From the IMG/VR virus record IMGVR_UViG_3300043464_001679, positions 1 through 64,000 of that record: DNA of 64,000 nt; one strand, given 5' to 3'. The stretch is from a virus. This document shows positions 49,749 through 58,396 of this stretch, piece after piece. Each line of letters opens with the position of its first letter. Positions within the stretch are counted from its first letter, which is position 1. The position numbers were made by a program, and so were the translations under genes. A model generated the notes under the pieces. That model saw only the letters and a list, made by a program, of their open reading frames with translations, was not told where the DNA came from and searched no databases.

Positions 49749-52127
49749 ATGAACGACTTAGTTAAAGAAGTAAAAAATATTGTGCCTGAAAAGGCGAAAG
49801 TTCGTGTTATATGGGAAGATTTACCCGAAAATTACACACAAGAAAGATCAAAAAGAATTGTTAAATACATAACCGAAAAATACGGTAACCCAAATGTACA
49901 GGTTATCTTTAAACCTAAAAAAGTACTTACCGAAGGTGGTGAAGTAGAAATGACTGTCGCTGATAATGTAATGGATTCTACTTATCAAAGAAAATTATTT
50001 AAACAATGGGTTACAGATAATAAAGTTGATGTAGATTGGGATAGATTATTACGTTTAGACGATAAGGTTAATGAAAAATTATCTCAACAAAGAGAAACAG
50101 ATTATAGATATAGAAATTGGTATATTAAAGAGTTAGAGTGGTCTAATTTTCTTTCTTATGGTGATGGTAATAAAATATCTTTTAAAGAGTTAGAGGGTAT
50201 CACTGTTATTACATCTGACCCACTTAACATGGGTGGTAAAACTACTTTAGCTTTAGATTTACTTTTGTTCTTATTTTTTAACACAACAACAAAAGGTAGT
50301 ACAGCTATTAAAATGTTTAATCTTTTTAGAGAGGATTGTAATGAAGTTTCAGTTAAAGGTAAAGTGGCTATTGATGGTGTTGATTATATTATTGAAAGAA
50401 CTGTAGTACGTAAGGCTAAAAGAACTGGTGATGATTATACCACAAGAACTGATTTGTCTTTTTATAGAATATTACCTGATGGAAGTATAGAAAATTTAGA
50501 AGGTGAACAAAGACGAGAAACGGAGGAGTTTATTAAAAAATCGGTTGGTTCTGTGAATGATTTCTTATTAACAATAATTGCTGATGCTGACAATCTTGAG
50601 GACATCATTCATACCAAACCAACCGAAAAAGGTAGAATTCTATCTAGATTCATTGGTTTGGAGATAATTGAAGATAAAGAAACCATAGTAAAGGAGATGA
50701 AATCTAATTGGTCAAAGGGTCTTAAATCAGATATTTATAACATAACAGATTTATCTTCTGAAATAGAAAATCTAAAAGACACCAATATTAAAAATGAGTC
50801 TGATATTGAAGAAAATAAAAGTGATATAAAAGTTTTAGAAGAATCAATTCAATCAGCTACTAATAAAAAAGAAGATTTAATTTCTAGAAAAATAGAAATA
50901 GATTCAGAAGTTATTAATTTAAGGCCTGAAGATATTGATAGGGAAATAGAAGATATTTTAGAGAAGGGTAAGAAAAAGAAGGCTGAATATGAAGATGCCA
51001 ATTCTATTTTTAAAGAAATGGTGGAACCTGTTTATGATGAAGATTTACACAAAGAATATGTTAAACAAGAAAGAGAATTAACTTTAGAAGTTGAAAGGGT
51101 AAAATCTAAAATTAAAGAAACACAAGGAAGAATTAAAAATCTAGAAGAAGGTGAGTTTTGTTCACTTTGTAAACAACCCTTAGTTGATGTTGACCATTCT
51201 GAAGAAATTGAAGAGAATAAAAATTTATTAAATAAGTTAGGTTCAGACTTGCTTTCTTTAGGTGAAAAGTTGGTAGAAATTAGTACTTTAGTAAAAGAAC
51301 AAGATACAATTAAATCATCTGTTTCTGAATACGATAGGTCTTCATTAAAAGTGGATAAATTAAGTTTAGATTTGGAAAAATTTAAACTAGAGTTAAAGGA
51401 GAAAAAAGATTTAAAACAAAAATACGAGTCTAATCTAGACAATATCCAAAAGAACAAAGATTTGGATAGTAAAATTTTGGGTTATAATTCTAAAATAGGT
51501 AACCTACAATTAGAAAAAACTGAAAAAATAAAATTAGGTGAAAGATTATCTTCCGAGATTGAAAGTAATAAAATAAAAATAGCTAAAAACGAAGAATATA
51601 TTAAAACGATTAAATCAGAGGAAGAAATTAAATTAATTTTTGATATCTACGCTAGGATGGTTGGTAAAAATGGTATTCTAAAGATGATAATGAAAAGTGT
51701 TATGCCTTTGATTAATTCTGAATTAGATAGATTATTGATTGATACAGCACCATTTAAACTTGAGGTCGATATAAATGATAAGAAAGAGGTTGAGTTCTTA
51801 ATAATAAAAGAAAATGAAAATGGTGAAACAATAAAGTATCCTGTTAACGAGGGTAGTGGTTTTGAAAAAACTGTTGCGTCATTAGCATTACGTTGTGTTA
51901 TGTCTAAAGTTAGCTGTCTACCAAAACCTAATATAATCGTTTTTGATGAAATTTTGGGAAAAGTGGCTAATACAAATTTAGAGTTGATAGGTAATTTCTT
52001 TCAAAAATGTGCAGAAATGTTCCCTAATATTTTTATTATAACACATAATGAAATCGTTAGGGATTGGGCAAATAAAATCATTACTATTAAAAAGAAAAAT
52101 AATATTTCATCTTTAACGGTACAATAA
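49749..52127 (+). CDS. sbcC: Rad50/SbcC/gp46-like ABC ATPase with an extra N-terminal domain
   Basis: WSNFLSYG, NMGGKTT, CSLC zinc hook within a coiled coil, GSGFEK signature, VFDE, IITH. Confidence 0.88.
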   Translation: MNDLVKEVKNIVPEKAKVRVIWEDLPENYTQERSKRIVKYITEKYGNPNVQVIFKPKKVLTEGGEVEMTVADNVMDSTYQRKLFKQWVTDNKVDVDWDRLLRLDDKVNEKLSQQRETDYRYRNWYIKELEWSNFLSYGDGNKISFKELEGITVITSDPLNMGGKTTLALDLLLFLFFNTTTKGSTAIKMFNLFREDCNEVSVKGKVAIDGVDYIIERTVVRKAKRTGDDYTTRTDLSFYRILPDGSIENLEGEQRRETEEFIKKSVGSVNDFLLTIIADADNLEDIIHTKPTEKGRILSRFIGLEIIEDKETIVKEMKSNWSKGLKSDIYNITDLSSEIENLKDTNIKNESDIEENKSDIKVLEESIQSATNKKEDLISRKIEIDSEVINLRPEDIDREIEDILEKGKKKKAEYEDANSIFKEMVEPVYDEDLHKEYVKQERELTLEVERVKSKIKETQGRIKNLEEGEFCSLCKQPLVDVDHSEEIEENKNLLNKLGSDLLSLGEKLVEISTLVKEQDTIKSSVSEYDRSSLKVDKLSLDLEKFKLELKEKKDLKQKYESNLDNIQKNKDLDSKILGYNSKIGNLQLEKTEKIKLGERLSSEIESNKIKIAKNEEYIKTIKSEEEIKLIFDIYARMVGKNGILKMIMKSVMPLINSELDRLLIDTAPFKLEVDINDKKEVEFLIIKENENGETIKYPVNEGSGFEKTVASLALRCVMSKVSCLPKPNIIVFDEILGKVANTNLELIGNFFQKCAEMFPNIFIITHNEIVRDWANKIITIKKKNNISSLTVQ

Positions 52128-52134
52128 TTTTACA

Positions 52135-52158
52135 TATCTTTGTACCAAGATATTTATA
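52135..52158 (+). promoter_or_regulatory. adjacent host-type (TATCTTTG) and late-type (ATATTTATA) motifs
   Basis: At 52135-42 and 52150-58, upstream of ATG 52171. Confidence 0.5.
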
Positions 52159-52170
52159 AATAAAAAGGTT

Positions 52171-52629
52171 ATGGAGAAAAGATATATAATCATTGTCTTT
52201 GGATCTTACAGAGGTGTTTACGAAGATTTAAACCATATCGCTAGTTCTGAAAACGGCGTTAATTATGTAGATGGTAATGGTATTTTTATGGGTACTTTTT
52301 ATAGTATTTACGATACTAAAGAAATGTATGACCTATTGTTAAGTATACCAGCATATTTGTTATTTGAAATAACCGATTCAAATACCAGTGTAGTAAACCT
52401 ACCAACAAAATATTTAAAGGGTTTATTCCCTGAAATAGAATCTGTAATAGACGAATTACAAAAAGGACCGTCTATTAAAGAGAAGAAGACTAGAAGAAGA
52501 AATAAAAAGTCTGTTGAGGTTGAGGAATATAATACTATTGATGATATTCTAGATAAACTTAGTAGAAACAATTATGATAGAACTTGTTTAACTGCTGGTG
52601 AAATAGAAATATTAGAAAAAGGTTCTTAA
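52171..52629 (+). CDS. hypothetical protein with a C-terminal IDDILDKL..G..LT..E motif (DUF6576-like)
   Basis: TIDDILDKLSRNNYDRTCLTAGEIEIL. Confidence 0.55.
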   Translation: MEKRYIIIVFGSYRGVYEDLNHIASSENGVNYVDGNGIFMGTFYSIYDTKEMYDLLLSIPAYLLFEITDSNTSVVNLPTKYLKGLFPEIESVIDELQKGPSIKEKKTRRRNKKSVEVEEYNTIDDILDKLSRNNYDRTCLTAGEIEILEKGS

Positions 52630-52661
52630 TTTGGTTTTTTATTAATTTTTTATTATATTTG
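52630..52661 (+). promoter_or_regulatory. Bacteroidota sigma promoter (TTTG-N20-TATATTTG)
   Basis: -33 element at 52630-33 and -7 element at 52654-61. Confidence 0.7.
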
Positions 52662-52688
52662 TAAACTTAATTGTTTTTAAGTTAATCA

Positions 52689-53105
52689 TTGACCCACCAA
52701 ATTAAAAAATTAATGGAATACGCCAAGTACGAAAAAATATTAAAAAAAGGGGAAAAAGTAGATTGGTATGGTGTTGAAGTTCCTGAAGAATTATTAACAT
52801 CTTCAGTTAGATTTGCTTCAGAAAATTTATCCCATGAATTAGATAAATTAGAATCTAGTTTAGATGAATTAAAAGGTTCTGATTTAGAAAAAAGAAAAAG
52901 TTATATTAAGGTTCTTTTACGTAATTTACAAAATTTACCATATGTTTTAAATGGTGATTTTTATTTAAAAAAGAAAAAAAGTATAGAATCTGAAATAGAA
53001 GATACTGATAAAAAAATTGTAAAAGAAAAGAAAAAAATTAGTAAATCTTCAGATAAAAAAGTCGTCAGAACAAAAAATAATGATTTAATCTTTGGTAAAA
53101 AATAA
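52689..53105 (+). CDS. Lys-rich hypothetical protein
   Basis: 138 aa; the start may instead be ATG 52713. Confidence 0.55.
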   Translation: MTHQIKKLMEYAKYEKILKKGEKVDWYGVEVPEELLTSSVRFASENLSHELDKLESSLDELKGSDLEKRKSYIKVLLRNLQNLPYVLNGDFYLKKKKSIESEIEDTDKKIVKEKKKISKSSDKKVVRTKNNDLIFGKK

Positions 53106-53142
53106 ATTATATAAAAAGGTGTTTTAATACATTTTTAATTGG

Positions 53143-53150
53143 TATCTTTG
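53143..53150 (+). promoter_or_regulatory. Bacteroidota-type -7 element TATCTTTG upstream of the sigma gene
   Basis: Matches TAnnTTTG; implies a ~120 nt leader. Confidence 0.55.
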
Positions 53151-53275
53151 CTTTAAATCTGATACCATCTATAATGACAGAAAATTGGACTAGTTTAATG
53201 GTTCGGTCTTGAAAAACTTTAATACAAATACAATTAATTAATCTAACAAAAGAAGAATAATAAATAAAAAAAAAT

Positions 53276-54091
53276 ATGGTAGGAAACAAACGTTACATTG
53301 ACACAACAGAAGATTCAATCTCTAACTACTTAAAAGAGGTTAGAAAAATTAATTTAATAACACCCGAAGAAGAAGTTGAATTGACTAAAAAAATTGCTGA
53401 AGGTGATAAAAGATCACTAGACAAATTGGTTAACGCAAATCTTAGATTTGTTATCTCAATCGCTAAAGAGTATCAAGGTCAGGGTATTCCTTTAGTAGAC
53501 CTTATTTCTGAAGGTAATTACGGTTTAATAAAAGCCGCAACAAAATTTGACCACACCAAGGGATTCAGATTTATATCTTACGCTGTATGGTGGGTTAAAC
53601 AATCTATCCTACAATCTTTATGTGAGAACTCACGCACTGTTAGACTACCAGTTAATATCACAAATCAGTTAACTAAAGTTAAAAAAGAAATCGCTGCTTT
53701 TGAACAAGAACATCAGAGAATGCCAATCAACGGTGAAATGGATTTATCTGTGTTAAACCATCCTACATGTACTTCATTGAATGAAAAAATAAATGAAGAA
53801 GGTGATGAGATTATGGACTTAATTGCTGATAATACATTTGCTAGACCTGATGATGATTTAATGACAGAAGACATTTTGAAATCAGAACTAGAGAGAACCC
53901 TTTCAATATTAAGTGATAGAGAAAGAAAAATTATTGACATGTATTTTGGTGTTGATGGTGGCTCTTTAACTCTTGAACAAATTGGTGACGAGTTTGGGTT
54001 AACTAAAGAGCGTATTCGTCAGATTAAAGAAAAGGCTTTAAGAAAACTTAAGAATAATTGTGAAAATTTGTTTGAGTTTATCCATAAATAA
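53276..54091 (+). CDS. rpoD: RNA polymerase sigma-70 factor, Bacteroidota primary-sigma type
   Basis: YLKEV (region 1.2), ANLRFVISIAKEYQGQG..L.DLISEGN.GL, GFRFISYAVWW, TLEQIG..FGLTKERIRQIKEKAL; no region 1.1. Confidence 0.88.
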   Translation: MVGNKRYIDTTEDSISNYLKEVRKINLITPEEEVELTKKIAEGDKRSLDKLVNANLRFVISIAKEYQGQGIPLVDLISEGNYGLIKAATKFDHTKGFRFISYAVWWVKQSILQSLCENSRTVRLPVNITNQLTKVKKEIAAFEQEHQRMPINGEMDLSVLNHPTCTSLNEKINEEGDEIMDLIADNTFARPDDDLMTEDILKSELERTLSILSDRERKIIDMYFGVDGGSLTLEQIGDEFGLTKERIRQIKEKALRKLKNNCENLFEFIHK

Positions 54092-54093
54092 TA

Positions 54094-54123
54094 TTGCCAA
54101 TCAAAATAGAAACTTTATATTTG
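54094..54123 (+). promoter_or_regulatory. Bacteroidota sigma promoter (TTG-N19-TATATTTG)
   Basis: Immediately after the sigma stop, with no long ORF downstream. Confidence 0.6.
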
Positions 54124-54128
54124 TATTA

Positions 54129-54207
54129 TAGATAAGGAAATAAATTAAATGTTCTTCTTGTCAGAATACATTAAGAACAGCCACGGTCAGAACACCGTGG
54201 TTTTTTT
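54129..54207 (+). ncRNA. candidate ~80 nt small RNA with two CAGAAY-loop hairpins
   Basis: Has its own promoter, a hairpin at 54150-54179 and a terminator hairpin at 54181-54200 followed by T7. Confidence 0.4.
54181..54207 (+). terminator. intrinsic terminator
   Basis: CCACGGT-cagaac-ACCGTGG followed by TTTTTTT. Confidence 0.85.
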
Positions 54208-54601
54208 ATGGTACAAATATTTGTAATTGTCCAGAACTTACAGTAAAATCAGATTTCTTCATCACTGTAATAGTCACCAAATTCCAATGAGTAGTATCTA
54301 ATTTTTCGGGGTTAATAACAACATTTAAATAATCACCACCATCCCTAGATATAATAAATCTTCTATTATGTCTAATTTCTCCGTCTATGATACTATAAAC
54401 TATCTCTTCTTTAGCATCGTTAAGTAACTTAACAATATCAATGTCATATATTTTTTCACCACTACCATGTCTCCATTTTCTTTGAGCTGTATGACCACCA
54501 GAATCATGATGTAAATCAAACGTGAAAGTAATTTCACTATTTAATTGATGAAATTTTTCTTCCCTCAATATAGACTCTTTTATAATTCTTTTAACATTCA
54601 C
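54206..54601 (-). CDS. the only credible minus-strand gene; putative head-packaged protein, possible BECR/RelE-like fold
   Basis: KRIIKESILREE leader; H..QR..RH and a terminal LVTITVM strand; late motif directly upstream on the - strand. Confidence 0.6.
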   Translation of the reverse strand: MNVKRIIKESILREEKFHQLNSEITFTFDLHHDSGGHTAQRKWRHGSGEKIYDIDIVKLLNDAKEEIVYSIIDGEIRHNRRFIISRDGGDYLNVVINPEKLDTTHWNLVTITVMKKSDFTVSSGQLQIFVP

Positions 54602-54605
54602 ATAT

Positions 54606-54619
54606 TATAAATATTTATA
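54606..54619. promoter_or_regulatory. palindromic bidirectional late promoter TATAAATATTTATA
   Basis: Perfect 14 bp palindrome containing ATATTTATA on both strands, between divergent genes. Confidence 0.6.
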
Positions 54620-54676
54620 TAAAGATAAATGGTATACTTTTACCTATAAATTAATTAAAATTAAAAAAAAAATATT

Positions 54677-55006
54677 ATGAAAAATTTTATAGAATTTATT
54701 AAAAAATATAAGATACATATCTTATCATCTCTTTTATTTATCTTCTTTTTTCGTTCTTGCGTTAATTCTGGACAAGTTAGAAAATTGGAAAAAGTAGAAA
54801 CAGAAAATAATAAAACTATTGACAGTCTTAATTTTTTAATCAAAGGACAACAGGATACTATTAATAATATATCTGAGGTTATCAGATTAGAGAAAATTAA
54901 GGTTCACACAGAATACGATAATTATATTTCTGAAAGGGATAGAGGTGAACAATTAATGGAATTGCATAAGATAGTTAAACAAAATCTTAAAGAACTTCAA
55001 AAATGA
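54677..55006 (+). CDS. membrane-anchored/lipoprotein-like coiled-coil protein (spanin-like)
   Basis: N-terminal hydrophobic stretch ending FFRSC, then a coiled coil. Confidence 0.45.
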   Translation: MKNFIEFIKKYKIHILSSLLFIFFFRSCVNSGQVRKLEKVETENNKTIDSLNFLIKGQQDTINNISEVIRLEKIKVHTEYDNYISERDRGEQLMELHKIVKQNLKELQK

Positions 55007-55899
55007 AAAAACTTTGGAATTGGGTTAAAGATAATCCGAATAGGTCTATGTTCTTGGTACCGATACTCTTGGTAGCCGGAATCTCAATATCACACGTAGT
55101 TTCGTGGTATAATATCGCTAACCCATTTAATTGGGCAGTTTATCTGTCAATTGCTATTGAGGTAGGTGCGATGACTGCTTTAGTTGCAGCAACAAATAAA
55201 ATTAAAGGTGGTGTGTGGTTTATGTTTGGTATCGTGACATTGATCCAAATGATAGGTAATATTTTCTTCACTTATAAAGAAATTGATCAAAATGGAGAAC
55301 TTTTTAAATCTTGGGTTGAATTAACAGGACCTATTTGGGAAATGGTTGGTTCAGACCCGGCTGATATATTATCAATGAAAAGATGGTTAGCATTTTTAGA
55401 AGGAGGTCTTCTACCTATTATATCTTTAACGTCACTTCACTTTTTTGTTAAATATGATGGTAAAAAAGAAGAAGAAACTGAAACAACCCCACAAGTACTA
55501 CACAAGCACCCCACAAGTAACGACGAAGTAATTGATGAAAAAAATGTAGAAAAATTAACTGATTTACAAAAAGAGTCAAATAAAGTTTGGGAAAAGGTAA
55601 GTGAACTTAGAGAAGAGGGTAAATTACCCACACAACCTACTGAAAAAGAATTAGAAGAAGAACCTACGGCATTAGCTTTTACGCCATACGACATCCAAGA
55701 AGAAGAATATGATGAACAACCTGTTTTAGTTGAGGAAGAAAATCCTGAAGACGAAATAATATTCCCAATAACAGGTAATACCGAAACAAAAAATTTTGAA
55801 GAGAGTATTAATGACCAAAAAACTTTAGGAGACGAACTAACCAAAACTTGGAATAGGATTATTAAAAAAACAAATAATAATATCCAAAGAATCGATTAA
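55003..55899 (+). CDS. multi-pass membrane protein with an acidic tail (possible holin-like)
   Basis: About 4 hydrophobic helices in the first 150 aa. Confidence 0.5.
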   Translation: MKKLWNWVKDNPNRSMFLVPILLVAGISISHVVSWYNIANPFNWAVYLSIAIEVGAMTALVAATNKIKGGVWFMFGIVTLIQMIGNIFFTYKEIDQNGELFKSWVELTGPIWEMVGSDPADILSMKRWLAFLEGGLLPIISLTSLHFFVKYDGKKEEETETTPQVLHKHPTSNDEVIDEKNVEKLTDLQKESNKVWEKVSELREEGKLPTQPTEKELEEEPTALAFTPYDIQEEEYDEQPVLVEEENPEDEIIFPITGNTETKNFEESINDQKTLGDELTKTWNRIIKKTNNNIQRID

Positions 55900-56492
55900 T
55901 GATTAATACATTAACATATATTTTACCTGAAAATAATTTTTACAAAGAAGTTTATCACAAAACTCAAATAGTTATTGGTCATAATAGTAGGAAGGATATG
56001 AGACATTATTATACTTGGATTAATAGGAGAAATGGTAACTATAAAAAAACCGCCACATACTCAATAGATAAAGACGGGACAATATATCAACACTACGACC
56101 CAAAATACTACTCTGATTTTTTAGGTTGTGACCAAGATAAATGTAACATTTCAATTATGTTAGTTAACGAAGGTTGGTTAAAATTAAATGAGATGAATGT
56201 ATTTGTTGATTGGTTAGGGCATACTTATAGTAAGAACATTGACTTAATAGAAAAGAATTGGAGAAATCACAAGTATTGGGTAATGTATACAGAAGAACAA
56301 TTTAATTCTTTAAAATACTTAGTAGGTCATCTTTGTGATGAGTTTGGAATAGAAACTGATTTCATAGGTAATAATGTTTATAATGAAAACGCTGATTTAT
56401 TTAAAGGAATAACTTTTAGAAGTAATTACTTTAAAGATATAACGGATGTGAGTCCGGCTTTTGAACTAGAAAAAATAACACAAAATGGATGA
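55899..56492 (+). CDS. N-acetylmuramoyl-L-alanine amidase-like (Amidase_2 fold), apparently degenerate
   Basis: KTQIVIGH, YSIDKDGTIYQ, YTEEQFNSLKYLV..LC, DVSP. Confidence 0.65.
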   Translation: MINTLTYILPENNFYKEVYHKTQIVIGHNSRKDMRHYYTWINRRNGNYKKTATYSIDKDGTIYQHYDPKYYSDFLGCDQDKCNISIMLVNEGWLKLNEMNVFVDWLGHTYSKNIDLIEKNWRNHKYWVMYTEEQFNSLKYLVGHLCDEFGIETDFIGNNVYNENADLFKGITFRSNYFKDITDVSPAFELEKITQNG

Positions 56493-57012
56493 AAGAAAAT
56501 TTCTTAGTAAGATTAGAAAATTACAAGAAAGTGGTGAAAAAATTGGTTTAACTGAATTTCCATCTAAATTAAAAGATGGTGATAAATTTTTAATGTCTGA
56601 AAATAAAATTATTTTAAAAGAAGATGACGTTCAAACAGTTGAACCTGATGAACAAAGAGACGAAGAAAATAAATTTAGAGATACTGTAACTAACCTAGTT
56701 AAATTCCAACCAATTAAAGTACACAAAGAAAATGTAGTTTGGTCTGGTTATTTAGTTAGAGAAAAAATAAGATGGAATTATTCATTGGATGAAAGTGTTG
56801 GTTGTTATATACAATCAATGGGTGAAGATGATACTAGTAGTTCTATACAATTAACTGACGAAACTTTAACAGTAATTAAAAAAATTAGAGGTTATTATGA
56901 CGTATGGAGTGAAGAATGGGCTTCTAGATTAACAGGTGGTTCAGCTGAAGAAAACGAGGAAGGTATGAGTGGAAATGAAACTGGTGGTGAAACTGGTGGA
57001 TTTGAGTTTTAA
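56485..57012 (+). CDS. hypothetical protein, putative virion-associated
   Basis: 175 aa with L/I-x-E sites. Confidence 0.55.
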   Translation: MDERKFLSKIRKLQESGEKIGLTEFPSKLKDGDKFLMSENKIILKEDDVQTVEPDEQRDEENKFRDTVTNLVKFQPIKVHKENVVWSGYLVREKIRWNYSLDESVGCYIQSMGEDDTSSSIQLTDETLTVIKKIRGYYDVWSEEWASRLTGGSAEENEEGMSGNETGGETGGFEF

Positions 57013-57023
57013 TTAATTTAAAT

Positions 57024-57815
57024 ATGAGAGATAAAATTTTATTTGGTGGTATACTTGTTTTAATTTTTCTTTTAATAGTTAACCATTGTGAAAAAGTTAA
57101 ATTAGAAAAAGATTTATATGAACAAGTTAGAACAACCAATATAGAGGTTGTTAAAAACAGTAAACTAATAAAAGAGAAAGACGGTCAGTATGCTAAATTT
57201 GTTAACAATTTTAATGAACAAAAAGATTTGTTAAAACAATTAAAAGAAGAAAACAAAGATTTATACAAAACCATCAAAAAAAATGACGAGAAATTATTAA
57301 TGATTAATAATACGTTAATTACTTTGGATGGTAAAGTTGAAGAAGGTTTTGGTAAATTTAATCCTAATGATAGTAATTTAATTGATTTAAAATTAAAATA
57401 CCCTGACGATAAAGCTTGGTTTATATCTTGGGATGGTAGTGTTCATAAAAAGACCGCACATTACAAAGGTGATTGGAAATTTGGTAACTTACCTTTACAA
57501 ATAGTATTAACTGAAACTGAAAAAGGTATATGGAATAGTAGATTAATTGGCCCTGAATGGTTAAAAGTGGAAAAAATGGAAGTTAATGCTATTAAACCAG
57601 AAAACATAGTTTCCCCATACGTACCACAACCAAGAAACTACGGATTTATTTTAGGTGGTGGTTATGTAAAAGATTTAAACAATAACCCACAAAATGGATT
57701 CTCAGTCGGAGCTGGAATCTACTTTAAAAATAGTTCTTTTATAATTAATGGTATGTCTAATAACATTGTGGGCTTTAATTATTATTATAGATTTGTTACA
57801 TTTAAGAAAAAATAA
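57024..57815 (+). CDS. membrane-anchored coiled-coil protein (spanin-like/envelope)
   Basis: N-terminal TM segment ending IVNHC, a coiled coil, and C-terminal Gly/aromatic beta strands. Confidence 0.45.
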   Translation: MRDKILFGGILVLIFLLIVNHCEKVKLEKDLYEQVRTTNIEVVKNSKLIKEKDGQYAKFVNNFNEQKDLLKQLKEENKDLYKTIKKNDEKLLMINNTLITLDGKVEEGFGKFNPNDSNLIDLKLKYPDDKAWFISWDGSVHKKTAHYKGDWKFGNLPLQIVLTETEKGIWNSRLIGPEWLKVEKMEVNAIKPENIVSPYVPQPRNYGFILGGGYVKDLNNNPQNGFSVGAGIYFKNSSFIINGMSNNIVGFNYYYRFVTFKKK

Positions 57816-57818
57816 GTT

Positions 57819-58145
57819 ATGTCACAAAATTTACAAATAAAAAGATTGTTAGAAGAAATACAGGAAAATAGTCACAAAAAGATTGTTTTTTATACATTAG
57901 ATGGTTGTCCAGCTTGTAATGAATTAAAAGAAAAATCCGAAAAAATTGGTTTAGTTTGGGAAAGTGTTGAGATGAATGGTAATGAAGTTATGTGGAAAAA
58001 ATTAGAAGATATGGGTGGTAGTGAATATGTGCCACAAGTACAAGTAGAGGATTACTTAATTAAAGAAAATGAATATGAAGATGTTAATGAATTAATTAGT
58101 AAAACCTTAAGTAGGTTATTAGAAAGAAGAATTATTATAAAATAA
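57819..58145 (+). CDS. glutaredoxin-like protein
   Basis: YTLDGCPAC and YVPQV (cis-Pro) motifs. Confidence 0.8.
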   Translation: MSQNLQIKRLLEEIQENSHKKIVFYTLDGCPACNELKEKSEKIGLVWESVEMNGNEVMWKKLEDMGGSEYVPQVQVEDYLIKENEYEDVNELISKTLSRLLERRIIIK

Positions 58146-58171
58146 AAAAGCCACCACAAGGTGGTTTTTTT
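58144..58171 (+). terminator. intrinsic, possibly bidirectional, terminator
   Basis: AAAAAAGCCACC-acaa-GGTGGTTTTTTT. Confidence 0.85.
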
Positions 58172-58184
58172 ATGCTTTAAAGAC

Positions 58185-58193
58185 ATATTTATT
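58185..58193 (+). promoter_or_regulatory. putative late promoter ATATTTATT
   Basis: Follows the terminator and precedes ATG 58229. Confidence 0.5.
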
Positions 58194-58228
58194 TAATAAA
58201 TAATAATCGATTATTAAAAACCAAAAAA

Positions 58229-58390
58229 ATGTCTAAAAAAGTATTACGCTACACAGAAGAAGAATTTGTAACTCTATTAGAAAATATTGTTAAAAGAGTT
58301 AAAAAAGAACAAATGTTAGAAGAAGCTAGAAAATCTAGAAGAGCTAACTTATCAGAAAGATTCGAAAGAGAAAGAAGACGTAGATTTTAA
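58229..58390 (+). CDS. 53 aa basic protein (MSKKVLRYTEEEFVTLLENIVKRVKKEQMLEEARKSRRANLSERFERERRRRF)
   Basis: Not in the ORF track (<60 aa). A-rich leader; fills the gap between the promoter and the next gene. Confidence 0.7.
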   Translation: MSKKVLRYTEEEFVTLLENIVKRVKKEQMLEEARKSRRANLSERFERERRRRF

Positions 58391-58396
58391 TAAATC

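Noticed and set aside
53247-53260. Base-pairing between the candidate sRNA (TGTTCTTCTT) and the sigma leader (AAGAAGAATA)
   Set aside because: This is a ~10 nt low-complexity match. GAAGAA is ubiquitous in this genome, and the sRNA segment is sequestered in a stem.
53107-54205. tRNA genes in intergenic gaps
   Set aside because: No cloverleaf or T-arm GTTCRA consensus with a matching acceptor stem was found.
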